NCBI GenBank assembly: GCA_963664825.1
Contig: OY761614.1
Location: 2,144,001 to 2,208,000, forward strand
Length of the DNA stretch: 64,000 nucleotides
Source of the DNA: an uncultured Holophaga sp.
GTDB taxonomy: Bacteria > Acidobacteriota > Holophagae > Holophagales > Holophagaceae
Direction: 5' to 3'
The notes beneath the pieces are model-generated. The model was not told the origin of the DNA, ran no database searches, and saw only the letters and a program-made list of their open reading frames with translations. Shown here piece by piece: positions 28,650 to 38,182 of this stretch (positions are counted from its first letter, which is position 1; every line of letters starts with the position of its first letter). Position numbers and translations under genes: made by a program.

Positions 28650-31252
28650 ACTTCCCGAGGCTTCCCGGCTCCCCGATCGGATCCGATGATGCCTTCTTCC
28701 TCCATCCGGTCGATCATGCGGGCGGCGCGGCCATAGCCGATGTTCAGCTTGCGTTGGAGGAGGCTGGTGCTGGCCTTGCGCTCACGCTTCACCACCGTCA
28801 GGGCGCGGTCATAGATATCATCGCCCCCGCCGCCTTCCTCGCCGGTGGTCTGGGTGGCTTCCTCGTCGTTTTCCATGGCATTCAGCAGGGCCTGGTTGAA
28901 CTCCGGCTTCCCGTGGGCCTTGAGCCATTCCACCAGGCGCAGGGTCTCCTCCTCGGTGATGAGGGGGGCGTGGATGCGGTGGGGGCGGGCGTTCCCGGGG
29001 GCCAGGAAGAGGGCGTCTCCCTTGCCCAGGAGCTGTTCGCCGCCGCTGCTATCCAGGATGGTGCGGCTATCGATCTTGGTGTTCACCCGGTAGCTGAGGC
29101 GAGCCGGGAGGTTGGCCTTGATGACGCCGGTGACGATATCCACACTGGGGCGCTGGGTGGCCAGGATGAGATGGATGCCCACGGCCCGGGCCTTCTGGGC
29201 GATGCGGGCGATGCTCTCCTCCACCTCGCTGCGGCAGACCATCATGAGATCGGCCAGTTCATCGATGACCACCACCACGTAGGGCAGGGATTCCAGGTAG
29301 GCGGGGCGGTCCGGCCAGCGCGGGTTGGGCGTGCGGTCGCTGAGATCGATGCTGCCTCCGGCCTCGACGATCTTGGCGTTGAAGCCCTCCAGGTTGCGCA
29401 CGCTGAGCAGGGCCAGGCAACGGTAGCGGTCTTCCATCTGGGCCACCACCCACTTGAGCACCCGGCCGGCTTCCTTCATGTCCGTGACCACCGGGGCCCA
29501 CAGGTGGGGGATGTCCTCGTACATTCCCAGCTCCACCATCTTGGGATCCACCAGGATGAGCTTCACTTCGCTGGGCAGCGAACGCAGGAGCACCGAGCAG
29601 ATCATGGCGTTGACGCCCACGCTTTTGCCGCTGCCGGTGGAGCCTCCGATGAGGAGGTGGGGCATCTTGGCGAGATCGGTCACTACGGGATTGCCCGCGA
29701 TGTCCTTGCCGAGGGCCAGGGCCAAGAGGCTCCGGGCCTCCTTGTGGGCGGGGTCTCGGAAGGCGGGGCTATCGACGATCTCCCGGAAGGCGATGATCTC
29801 CCGCTTGGGATTGGGCACCTCGATGCCCACCAGGTTCCGTCCTGGGATGCGGTCGATGCGCACCTTTTCGGCCTGCAGGCCGAGAGCCAGATCGTTCTCC
29901 ATGGCGATGACCTTGGCCAGGGGCACGCCCGGGTCAGGCTGGAATTCGTAGACCGTGACCACGGGTCCGGGCTGCATGCCGACCACCGTGCCCTTCACCC
30001 TGAATTCGGAGAGCTTCTGCCCGATGAGGGCCCGGGTATCCTCCAGCACCTTGGGGTCCACGCGGGCGCCGGGTCCCGGAGGATCGAAGAGGCGCCTGGG
30101 GGGCAGTTCCAGGCGCTCCGCCGGGGCGAAGGCTGAAGTGTCGCTGTCGAGCCTGCGGGAAGTCTTCCGGGGCATGGGCGTCGGGTCCGGCAGCGGGCGC
30201 AGGGGTGTGGGTTCGGTGAGGCCCAGAGGCTGTTGCTCGGCCATGCGGCCATAGCGGTCTTGCACGACCACGGGTTGCACGAGCTGGGGCTTGGGGGGAG
30301 GGGGCGGGGGCAGATTGCGCAACAGGATTGGGGCTGGGAGGGGCACATCGGCGGGGCGCTGGAGATCCTCCAGCACCAGGGAATCCGGGAGGATCTCCGA
30401 GAAAACCATGGAATGGATGGGGGGTAGCTCCCGGGAAGGGGTATCCAGGCGCATGGACTGGATGATGGGCAGGCTCATCTCGGGAGCCAGGGGCTGGTTG
30501 TTCCGGCGATATTCGGCGGTCTCTCGCTGAGCCCGCAGGAAGGCCTCCTGTTGTTCCCTTTCCACCTGGCCCTGCTGGCTGAGGTGCTGGAACTCCGTCG
30601 CGTCCCGGGCGTCCAGGTCCGGAAGTGTCGTGGCGCGGCCGCTCTTCCAGCTCAGGAAGGGCCGTCCCAGGATGGCCAGCACCTTGCCGGGAAGGGGCTT
30701 GAGAAAGGGCCAGGCGCGCTTTCCCATCCAGCGGCTGAGCAGCGAGCCCAGGGCCCGTGTCAGGATCGGCGCCAGGACCAGTGCAGCGATCAGAATCAGG
30801 AGGGAGAGGGCCAGGGGGAGCCCCACGGGACCTAGGGCCCGCCGGCTGGGAGGCCAGAGGGCCGAACCCAGCCAGCCGCCCCAGCGCCAGGCACCGGTGG
30901 ATTGCCCTGTTTCCGAGGTCCAGCTGCGGGTCCCGAAGGCCCCCAACAGGGTCCACAGGGAGAGGCTCAATACGCACCAGGCCAGGCGCCGGGGCCACTT
31001 GAGGCCATCCCGGGTGAAGACCTCCCAGAGGATGTAGGCCGGGACCAGCCAGGCCCCCACGCCCACCAGGGTCTCGAGGAATCCGGCCAGATGGGCGCCG
31101 AAGAGCCCGCAGGGGTTGTGAACAGCCCCTCCCACGGCCCCTTGGGAGAAGATATGGGGATCCAACGGATGGAAGAAGAACAGCGACACCCCGAGCAGCA
31201 GCGCGAAAAATCCCGCCACGACCCTGAGCAGCAGTCTGCCCATCCCCTTCAC
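28631..31252 (-). CDS. ftsK: DNA translocase FtsK
   Basis: N-terminal TMs, Pro-rich linker, GSTGSGKS, IDELAD, LATQRP and gamma-domain LQRKLNIGYGRAAR. Confidence 0.97.
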   Translation of the reverse strand: MKGMGRLLLRVVAGFFALLLGVSLFFFHPLDPHIFSQGAVGGAVHNPCGLFGAHLAGFLETLVGVGAWLVPAYILWEVFTRDGLKWPRRLAWCVLSLSLWTLLGAFGTRSWTSETGQSTGAWRWGGWLGSALWPPSRRALGPVGLPLALSLLILIAALVLAPILTRALGSLLSRWMGKRAWPFLKPLPGKVLAILGRPFLSWKSGRATTLPDLDARDATEFQHLSQQGQVEREQQEAFLRAQRETAEYRRNNQPLAPEMSLPIIQSMRLDTPSRELPPIHSMVFSEILPDSLVLEDLQRPADVPLPAPILLRNLPPPPPPKPQLVQPVVVQDRYGRMAEQQPLGLTEPTPLRPLPDPTPMPRKTSRRLDSDTSAFAPAERLELPPRRLFDPPGPGARVDPKVLEDTRALIGQKLSEFRVKGTVVGMQPGPVVTVYEFQPDPGVPLAKVIAMENDLALGLQAEKVRIDRIPGRNLVGIEVPNPKREIIAFREIVDSPAFRDPAHKEARSLLALALGKDIAGNPVVTDLAKMPHLLIGGSTGSGKSVGVNAMICSVLLRSLPSEVKLILVDPKMVELGMYEDIPHLWAPVVTDMKEAGRVLKWVVAQMEDRYRCLALLSVRNLEGFNAKIVEAGGSIDLSDRTPNPRWPDRPAYLESLPYVVVVIDELADLMMVCRSEVEESIARIAQKARAVGIHLILATQRPSVDIVTGVIKANLPARLSYRVNTKIDSRTILDSSGGEQLLGKGDALFLAPGNARPHRIHAPLITEEETLRLVEWLKAHGKPEFNQALLNAMENDEEATQTTGEEGGGGDDIYDRALTVVKRERKASTSLLQRKLNIGYGRAARMIDRMEEEGIIGSDRGAGKPREVYASEE

Positions 31253-31293
31253 GCGACCTCCTGGTAATCCTCGAGTCTAGCCTAGGCTGGCGC

Positions 31294-32745
31294 CTAGCGC
31301 TGGGCTGTGACGGAGGCCGAAGAAGAGCCTGAGGCCAGGAGTGCGGTCCGGCGGGCCCGCTCCCAGGCGGGTTTCCCGCTGGCCTGGACATAGCTTCCCA
31401 CCTTCTCGAAGCGCCAGCCGTCCTGGATGGCGCGATCCAGGAAGGGCCCCAGGACCCGCGCCGGGCGGTCTTCGGCGGGGCGAGCCGAACCCAGGTGCAT
31501 CAGTACGATGAGACCGTCGCCGTCCTGGCGCTCCATGCGGTTATGGAGGCGATCCAGGATGGCGTTGCCGGTGCGGTAGAGCTTCCGCTCCTTAAGGGTG
31601 GCCCAGTCCAGGGTATCGGCCCCTTCGCTCCAGCCCACGTGGCGGTAGCCCAGCTCCTCGGCCCATCTGCGGAGTTCGAGGGTGTGCTCGCCGTAGGGGG
31701 CGCGCCACAGGGGATCCATGGGACGTCCCAGGAGATGAAAGAAGGCCTGATCTGCGCTGAGGAGCTCGCGCTGGAAGCGCTCCTTCGTCCATCTGGGATC
31801 CCGGGCGCCGTGGGGAGCCAGGTGAGGATGATCCTGGGTGTGGTTGCCAATCTCGTGGCCATCGCGATCGATGCGGCGCACGATCTCCGGGAACTTCTGG
31901 ATGAAGGCGCCGGTGAGGAAGAAGGTGCAGTGCAGGTTCCGGGCCTTCAAGGCCTCCAGCACATCCAGGGCCACCTCCGAGGTGGAGCCCCCGTCGAAGG
32001 TGAGGCATATCTGCCGCTGGCCCCGGGGGCCGCGCAGCACATTGAGCCCCTCCCCCGAGCCGGGCCAGGGGTTGCCGAAGCTGGGCGGGGAAGGGGGGAT
32101 GGTCGTTGCATGGGGCTCCGGAGGCGCCATCGTGCGGGGTTCCGGTTGCGGGGGCTTCGGCTTCTTTGGCTCGGGTGCTGGCTTCGGCTGGGGTGCCTTC
32201 TGCGGCACGGGTGCCGGTTTGGGGGGCATGGGTGCTGGCTTCGAGGGGGCAGGCTTGGGCGGTGCAGGCTTAGGTTTGGGCGCTTCGATCTTTCGGGGCT
32301 CCACTTTGGGAGGGGTGGGCTTTTGAACTTCGATCTTCTTGGGTGGGGGCTCCTGCTTCAAGGGCTTTGGGACTGCCGATTTTGGCTCTGGCGCCGGGGG
32401 CGTCTCGAGAGGCTGGTCGAAACTCCAGCGGGCCAGGAGCTTCCCCTCGCGGGTCCGCAGTTCGGCCTGTTCGCCCTTCCCGGGGCGGTAAAGCTCCCAG
32501 CGAACGGGGCCGAGCTCTACGAAGCGCCGCTCGTGCAGCGTGGTGCCCTTCAGGATGAGTTCCGTGGGCTGGCTCACCTCGCCTTCGATGACCAGCAGAC
32601 CTCCCAGTGAATGCCAGGTCCAGGGTGCCAGCGCTGTCTGGGAAGGGGGCGCTGGCGCTGCGGGTCGCTCCTCCCGGTGACAGGCCAGCGATCCCAATGC
32701 GCATAGTCCGAGGCAGAGGGTTCCGAAAACCCGGCGGGCCTTCAC
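31294..32745 (-). CDS. Polysaccharide deacetylase (CE4) with signal/lipoprotein-like N-terminus and Pro/Lys-rich linker
   Basis: TFDGG, GNHTQDH, RAPYG and LMH motifs; GTG start overlaps the upstream stop. Confidence 0.85.
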   Translation of the reverse strand: MKARRVFGTLCLGLCALGSLACHREERPAAPAPPSQTALAPWTWHSLGGLLVIEGEVSQPTELILKGTTLHERRFVELGPVRWELYRPGKGEQAELRTREGKLLARWSFDQPLETPPAPEPKSAVPKPLKQEPPPKKIEVQKPTPPKVEPRKIEAPKPKPAPPKPAPSKPAPMPPKPAPVPQKAPQPKPAPEPKKPKPPQPEPRTMAPPEPHATTIPPSPPSFGNPWPGSGEGLNVLRGPRGQRQICLTFDGGSTSEVALDVLEALKARNLHCTFFLTGAFIQKFPEIVRRIDRDGHEIGNHTQDHPHLAPHGARDPRWTKERFQRELLSADQAFFHLLGRPMDPLWRAPYGEHTLELRRWAEELGYRHVGWSEGADTLDWATLKERKLYRTGNAILDRLHNRMERQDGDGLIVLMHLGSARPAEDRPARVLGPFLDRAIQDGWRFEKVGSYVQASGKPAWERARRTALLASGSSSASVTAQR

Positions 32746-33083
32746 TCGAAATCCCGGCGACAGGCCGCCCAGTAGTTGGCCTTCTCCCGGAGTCGCGCTT
32801 CTACGGCTTTGAACCCTCGGCTCTCGAGAAATTCCAAGAGCCATTGGGCCAGGGCCTCCGCGGTGGGGTTCCGCCCCTCCATCCAGGTCTGCTCGTTGAG
32901 CAGGGTGTAGTCCACCTGTGCCACCCAGGCGTCCAGGGCCTGGACGAGGGTCGGTTCCGGGCAGGCCATCACGGTGGCCTCCAGCTCCCAGTTATGCCCA
33001 TGGCGGGCCTCGAGGAAACCGGGGAGGTCATGGAAATGATCGGCCACGAAGGTGCGGCGGAGGCTCAGGCGGGAGGCTGGCAT
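32742..33083 (-). CDS. 6-pyruvoyl-tetrahydropterin synthase / QueD family protein
   Basis: ADH, HGHNW, DYTLLN and NPTAEALA motifs. Confidence 0.85.
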   Translation of the reverse strand: MPASRLSLRRTFVADHFHDLPGFLEARHGHNWELEATVMACPEPTLVQALDAWVAQVDYTLLNEQTWMEGRNPTAEALAQWLLEFLESRGFKAVEARLREKANYWAACRRDFE

Positions 33084-33259
33084 GGCACCAGTGTAGGAGG
33101 GCGCACCTGAAATGTGCACGAACCCCACCCGTCCCGCGATTGGTGGGTTGGAATCGTGGGGTTCGTTCTTCCCGGGGGGCATTTCGTCTCTTTGGCGTGG
33201 GAAGGCCCTTCGGCCGGTTCCAGGCTGAGTGAATTATCCTCTCCATACCAGGTACACGT

Positions 33260-33847
33260 ATGCCTCAGGCTGCACCCCAGTTTCCCGCTGTGATGGTCCT
33301 TCGCGAGAGGGGTGAGATTCTCTTCCAGGATCGGCGGGCCTGTGAATTGACGGGCTATGGCATCGGTGAACACCGGGATCTTTGGGAGCTGCTCACCAGC
33401 CTCTTTCCGGAGGGGCGCGACCAACTTAATGCGGTCAGGCTCTTTCGGCGAGCCGCCGCCACGGCGGGGCGACGAGGCACAGCCAGGTTTCAGGCCGAAT
33501 TCGCCTCCAAGCATGGCCGCCTTCGGCGGACGATCGTACAGGTCCAGCGCTGGGGTGGAGTGCCGGGGGACCGCTCCTATCTGGTGAGTTTCCTTCCCCT
33601 TGAAACCCAGGGCATGATCCCTCCCGTGGAGGATCGCACCATCGTGTTCCAGGCCATGGCCCGGCGGGTGGCGAGACTCCTGACGGGAGCCGCGGCCTAC
33701 AGCCGGACCATGGCCGTCGGTGCTGATACTTCGGAGGAGCAGTTCGGCACGCTCTCCGCCTTGATCGAGCGCGCCCAGGGACTCCTGGGTAGCCTGGAGG
33801 GGCAGGCCCAGGGCGAGTCCCTCGGGGACGGTGAGGGAAGGGAATGA
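33260..33847 (+). CDS. Hypothetical PAS-like protein with a degenerate HisKA-like C-terminus
   Basis: VLRERGEILFQDRRACELTGY PAS-like start; ATGA overlap with the LytTR gene. Confidence 0.6.
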   Translation: MPQAAPQFPAVMVLRERGEILFQDRRACELTGYGIGEHRDLWELLTSLFPEGRDQLNAVRLFRRAAATAGRRGTARFQAEFASKHGRLRRTIVQVQRWGGVPGDRSYLVSFLPLETQGMIPPVEDRTIVFQAMARRVARLLTGAAAYSRTMAVGADTSEEQFGTLSALIERAQGLLGSLEGQAQGESLGDGEGRE

Positions 33848-34623
33848 TGTCTCCGCAGATCCAGAAGGTATTCCGCTATGCGGTCGTGGAGGACGAACCA
33901 CTGGCCATGCGTGTGTTGGTTCGCATGCTGGCCTTGCTGGCACCCGATGGTGAATTGGCCTGGGAAGCCACCGATGGGGATGCCGCCTTCTGCCGTCTGC
34001 GCCAGGAACCCGTGGATGTGCTCTTCCTGGATATCGTATTTCCGCCCGGCGGGGCCTTTCGGCTTCTGGAACAGGCTCGCACCGCGCTTTCCATTCTGCC
34101 GAAGATCGTCTTCGTCACCGGCCGGGAGGACCAGGCCCTGAAGGCCTTCGAATGGGCGGCCTTCGATTATCTGCTCAAGCCCGTCACCGCTCCCCGGGTG
34201 AAGGAGACCTTGGAGCGCCTGCGGGCCAGTCAGGCCTCCTCGGATCTGGAATCCCTGCTGCGAATGGTGAAGGACCTCGCCCACCAGACGGGGCCCGAGC
34301 GCTTCACGGTGAGCATCCGTGACCGCATCCTGGTGTTCCGCTGGTCGGAGGTGATGTACCTCCACACGGAGTTCCGTCAGGTCTTTGCCCACACGGCTCG
34401 GGGGAAGGTGCCCCTGGATAAGGGCGTCGATGAACTCGAGGCGCTCCTGGGAGACGGCTTCGTCCGCATCCATCGCTCCAGTCTGGTGAATCTCGATTAC
34501 CTGGTGGAGGTGAGGAATCCGGCCTCCCTTGCCGGGGAAGCCGTGATGCAGGATGGGGCCAGCCTGAGCGTGAGCCGAGCCCGCATGGAGGAACTGCTTA
34601 CCCGCCTGGCGCGGATGCGGTGA
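33844..34623 (+). CDS. LytTR-family response regulator
   Basis: VEDE, FLDI, FVT and YLLKP receiver motifs; FVRIHRSSLVN LytTR motif. Confidence 0.95.
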   Translation: MMSPQIQKVFRYAVVEDEPLAMRVLVRMLALLAPDGELAWEATDGDAAFCRLRQEPVDVLFLDIVFPPGGAFRLLEQARTALSILPKIVFVTGREDQALKAFEWAAFDYLLKPVTAPRVKETLERLRASQASSDLESLLRMVKDLAHQTGPERFTVSIRDRILVFRWSEVMYLHTEFRQVFAHTARGKVPLDKGVDELEALLGDGFVRIHRSSLVNLDYLVEVRNPASLAGEAVMQDGASLSVSRARMEELLTRLARMR

Positions 34624-35269
34624 GCTCTTCCCGCAGCGCGTTCAGGAAGGTGACCAGCACCCGGTGCCGGGGCTGGGCCCGCCTCCGTCCGGCCTCGGTG
34701 TTCATGCGGTCGGTCAGCTTCAGGAGCTTCTGCTCGAAGTGATCCAGGCTGAAGCGCTTGTCGTCCAGGTCCCGGCCCTCGGCCCAGGGATCCGAAGGGT
34801 GCCATAATCCCGCGCCCATGGCACCTCCCGTATTGAAACACCGCGCGAGGCCGATGGCGCCGATGGCCTCCAGGCGATCGGCGTCCTGGAGCACGGCGCC
34901 CTCCAGGGAGGACGGCTCCGCCCCACTGGAGAAGCCATGGGTGGCGATGGCGGCGGCGATGGCCTCGCCGTGGGCGGTCAAACCTGGGATCTCCCGGCAC
35001 CATGCCAGGGCCATTCCGGCGCCGAGGGCGCCGGTGCGGGGTGAATCCGGGTGGTTCTTGGGGAGGTAGACCAGATCGTGCAGCAGGGCAGCCGCCACGC
35101 AGGTATCCACCTGGGCCCCTTCCTCGAGGGCCAGGGCGTGGGCGTTACGGGCCACCCGCAGGGCGTGGCCGAGGTCGTGGGCCCCGTCCCGGGTCTCCGC
35201 AGCAAAGCGGGTATGGAGGCGCTCCAAGAGGCACGGGACCCAGGGGAAGGGAAAGGACTGTGCGAGCAT
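34598..35269 (-). CDS. HD-domain phosphohydrolase (YedJ-like)
   Basis: AHDLGH, LLHD, QDADRLEAIGAIG and HFEQKLLKL motifs. Confidence 0.9.
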   Translation of the reverse strand: MLAQSFPFPWVPCLLERLHTRFAAETRDGAHDLGHALRVARNAHALALEEGAQVDTCVAAALLHDLVYLPKNHPDSPRTGALGAGMALAWCREIPGLTAHGEAIAAAIATHGFSSGAEPSSLEGAVLQDADRLEAIGAIGLARCFNTGGAMGAGLWHPSDPWAEGRDLDDKRFSLDHFEQKLLKLTDRMNTEAGRRRAQPRHRVLVTFLNALREELTASAPGG

Positions 35270-35296
35270 GGTCCCAGGGTAGCTTGACGCATTATT

Positions 35297-35482
35297 ATGC
35301 GTGCGTTGCACAAGCTCCTGTTGCTGGACGTCCACGCGGAGTGGCGCGCCCAGTGCAAGAAACTGGAGATCCGCAGCTACCCCAGCGTCATCCTGCTGGA
35401 TGGAGAGGGCAGGGAACGGCATCGCAACCTGGGATTCCAGAAGCCGGAGGGCATGTTAAAGTGGCTTGAGGGGCGGAAGTAG
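35297..35482 (+). pseudogene. Internally deleted thioredoxin-like remnant
   Basis: LLLDVHAEWRAQCKKL (WCxxC degenerate) joined directly to IRSYPSVILLDGEG. Confidence 0.55.
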
Positions 35483-35745
35483 CCTCCCATTCGAGTGTTT
35501 TGACGCGTTTCCCGGTCGGCTCACCTAGTGACTGGGGCAGTTCTCCTGGACTTCATGCTGCGCGGCAGGCCTCGCGGGGTAGGTCCCAGGAACGATTCCC
35601 TGGATCAAACCGGGTCTCCTAGGACGGGGCGCAAAACGCGCGGGATTCCATTGCATCCAATGGCAAGGGAACCCCTCACGAAATTCGAGATGGAACTGTG
35701 GTTTGCCGATCAATAGAATGTTGGCCCTTTGACAAGGAGTTTTTC

Positions 35746-36684
35746 ATGAAGATCGCAATCATCGGCGCGGGGAATGTGGGTGCCACCATTGCCTACACCC
35801 TGGCAACCCAGGGTGTCGCCAACGATGTGAGCCTGATCGATGTGAACACGGACAAGGCCTATGGCGAGATCCTGGACATCGCCCATGGCGGAGCCGTCTC
35901 CGAGCATGTGCACCTTCGGGCGGAGGGCTACGAGGGGCTCGAGGATGCCGACATCATCATCCATGCCGCGGGCCGAGGGCGGAAGCCTGGCGAATCACGT
36001 CTGGATCTGGCCAGGGGCAATATCAAGATCACGGAAAGCATCATCACCAAGATCAAGAAGCACTACAACGGGAAATCCATCTTCCTGATCGTGACCAACC
36101 CCATGGATGTCCTCACCTACGTCTTCTACAAGCGGATGGGCATCGATAGGAACAAGATCTTCGGATCGGGTACCGTGCTGGATTCCTCGCGCTTCAAGTA
36201 TCTCCTGGGCCATTATTTCAACATCGACCCCCGGAACCTCCACGCCATGGTGATCGGAGAACACGGGGATTCCGCAGTGCCGCTCTGGAGTGCGGCCACC
36301 GTGGGCCCCATGCTCATCTCCGAATATCCATCCAAGGTCCATCCCCGCCTTTCGGCCGAGGATGTGGAAACCATCAACAAGGATGTGGTGCAGGCGGGCC
36401 AGGAAGTCATCAAGCGGAAGGGGGCGACCTTCTACGCGATTTCCATGAGCGTGACCCGGATCATCAAGGCCATCGTGAGCGATGAGAATCGCCTGCTCTG
36501 CGTGTCCTCCTACATCGAGAACATGCACGGCGTGAATGATGTCTGCCTGAGCCTCCCGGCCATCGTGGGCCGGGAAGGCATCCGGGAACTGCTCACGGTC
36601 AGCCTCACTCCAGGGGAGGAGGCCGCCCTCCAGCGATCGGCCGAAGTGCTGAAGAGCATGTTGAGGGAAGTGGATTACCAATAA
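35746..36684 (+). CDS. LDH/MDH-family dehydrogenase (LDH-like scaffold with Arg at the specificity position)
   Basis: GAGNVG, AGRGRKPGESRLDL, TNPMD, LDSSR, GEHGDS and KGAT motifs; AAGGAG RBS. Confidence 0.93.
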   Translation: MKIAIIGAGNVGATIAYTLATQGVANDVSLIDVNTDKAYGEILDIAHGGAVSEHVHLRAEGYEGLEDADIIIHAAGRGRKPGESRLDLARGNIKITESIITKIKKHYNGKSIFLIVTNPMDVLTYVFYKRMGIDRNKIFGSGTVLDSSRFKYLLGHYFNIDPRNLHAMVIGEHGDSAVPLWSAATVGPMLISEYPSKVHPRLSAEDVETINKDVVQAGQEVIKRKGATFYAISMSVTRIIKAIVSDENRLLCVSSYIENMHGVNDVCLSLPAIVGREGIRELLTVSLTPGEEAALQRSAEVLKSMLREVDYQ

Positions 36685-36690
36685 CCCAGG

Positions 36691-36721
36691 CAGGGGCGTG
36701 CGGTACCACCGCACGCCCCTG
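36691..36721. terminator. Hairpin terminator between convergent genes
   Basis: CAGGGGCGTGCGGT-ACC-ACCGCACGCCCCTG. Confidence 0.75.
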
Positions 36722-36731
36722 TTGGAGGAGT

Positions 36732-37409
36732 TCACTTTCCGAGGATGGATTCCAGGGTCTTCTCCAGCTTCTCGCCGCGGAGATCGCCATCGGAGGCAAG
36801 GATCCGGCCGTCGGGCCCCACGAGTATGTATTTGGGGATGCCTGCCGCGCCGTAGGCCTCGGCGATGGGATGGGCTTTCATGCCCGGCAGGAAGGCGTGT
36901 TTCCAGGGCATGGGCTGCTTGGTCTTGCGGAAGGGGGCGATATCGGCGGCCTTCTTGTCCAGGCTGAAACTGAGGATCTCGAAGTTCCGGCTCTTGAAGC
37001 GTTCCCAGGCCTTGTGCACGAAGGGCAGGTCCGCCACGCAGTAGGGGCACCAAGTGGCCCAGAATTCCAGGAGCAGATACTTGCCCTTGAATCCGTCGAG
37101 GCTGTATTCGACCTTGGGATTCTCGAGGCTGGGAATCCTGAATGCGGGCGCCAACTTGCCGGGCAGGGTCTTCAGGGGGGCGTCGAAGCGTTTGCGGGCG
37201 TCGAGGCTCAACTTGTGGCCTGGGAATTCCTTCTCCAGGGAAGCCAGCACTCCCTCCGCCCCAGGCTTTTCCTCGTCGAAGGCGTCCCGGAATTTGTCGT
37301 AGAGTTCCTCGACCCGGGCTTGGGCCTGAGCGGCCGTGGCTTGGGGAGCCTGGGCCAGGAGACCGGGGCCCAGAAGGGTGAGGGCGCAGAAAAGGGTCGA
37401 GCCGAACAT
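36732..37409 (-). CDS. TlpA/ResA-family thiol-disulfide oxidoreductase
   Basis: Signal peptide; FWATWCPYC; GIP cis-Pro loop. Confidence 0.9.
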   Translation of the reverse strand: MFGSTLFCALTLLGPGLLAQAPQATAAQAQARVEELYDKFRDAFDEEKPGAEGVLASLEKEFPGHKLSLDARKRFDAPLKTLPGKLAPAFRIPSLENPKVEYSLDGFKGKYLLLEFWATWCPYCVADLPFVHKAWERFKSRNFEILSFSLDKKAADIAPFRKTKQPMPWKHAFLPGMKAHPIAEAYGAAGIPKYILVGPDGRILASDGDLRGEKLEKTLESILGK

Positions 37410-37450
37410 GCTTTCTCCTCGAAGCCGCGGACGCGGCCAGTATTTTGAAT

Positions 37451-38182
37451 TCACTTCGCCACCAGAGGCTTGGCAACGGTCTTTCGGGAAGGCCGGGCCA
37501 CCAAAGGCTTGGCCTTTGCACTGCCCTTGGTCCTGTGCGGGTCCTCCAGTGCTCCAGATCCCGTGGGGCAGAGTTCCCGTACCGGGCAGGCGGCGCAGTC
37601 GGGTTTCCGGGCATCGCAGGTGCGGCGCCCATGCCAGATGAGTTGGTGGTGGAGGCCGATCCAGGTGGCGCGGGGGAAGAGGCTGCAGAGATCGGCTTCG
37701 ACCTTCTCGGGCGTGTTGGCCTTTGAGAGGCCCAGCCTGCGTGCGACCCGGAAGATATGCGTATCGACTGCCAGGGCTGGCACGCCGAAGGCGTTGGCCA
37801 GGACCACATTGGCGGTCTTTTGCCCCACGCCGGGGAGGGCACCCAGGGCCTTGGGGTCGGAGGGAACCTGGCCGTCATGTCGGCTCATTAGGGCCTGGGC
37901 CAGACCAATGAGGTTTCGCGCCTTGTTGCGGAAGAATCCCGTGGCGTGGATGAGGGTTTCCAGTTCGCTGGGCTGAGCCGCGGCGAGGGAGGCGGGATCG
38001 GGATAGCGGGCGAAGAGGGCAGGTGTCGTGAGATTCACGCGCGTATCCGTGCACTGGGCACTGAGGATGGTGGCCACCACCAACTGGTAGGGATCCCGGT
38101 GTTCCAGGGCGCACTGGGCGTCCGGGTAGGCGGATTCGAGGCGGTCCAACAAGTGGGCAAGGCGGGTTTTCGTCCAGCGCAT
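37451..38182 (-). CDS. nth: Endonuclease III
   Basis: LSAQCTD, LPGVGQKTA HhH, VDTH and C-x6-C-x2-C-x5-C cluster motif. Confidence 0.96.
   Translation of the reverse strand: MRWTKTRLAHLLDRLESAYPDAQCALEHRDPYQLVVATILSAQCTDTRVNLTTPALFARYPDPASLAAAQPSELETLIHATGFFRNKARNLIGLAQALMSRHDGQVPSDPKALGALPGVGQKTANVVLANAFGVPALAVDTHIFRVARRLGLSKANTPEKVEADLCSLFPRATWIGLHHQLIWHGRRTCDARKPDCAACPVRELCPTGSGALEDPHRTKGSAKAKPLVARPSRKTVAKPLVAK

Noticed and set aside
32100..32400. Pro/Lys-rich repeats as a DNA tandem array or TonB
   Set aside because: Imperfect low-complexity coding linker within the deacetylase; no TonB C-terminal domain.
35691..35706. TGGAAC...TTTGC as a sigma54 promoter for the dehydrogenase
   Set aside because: GG-to-GC spacing is 11 nt rather than the required 10.
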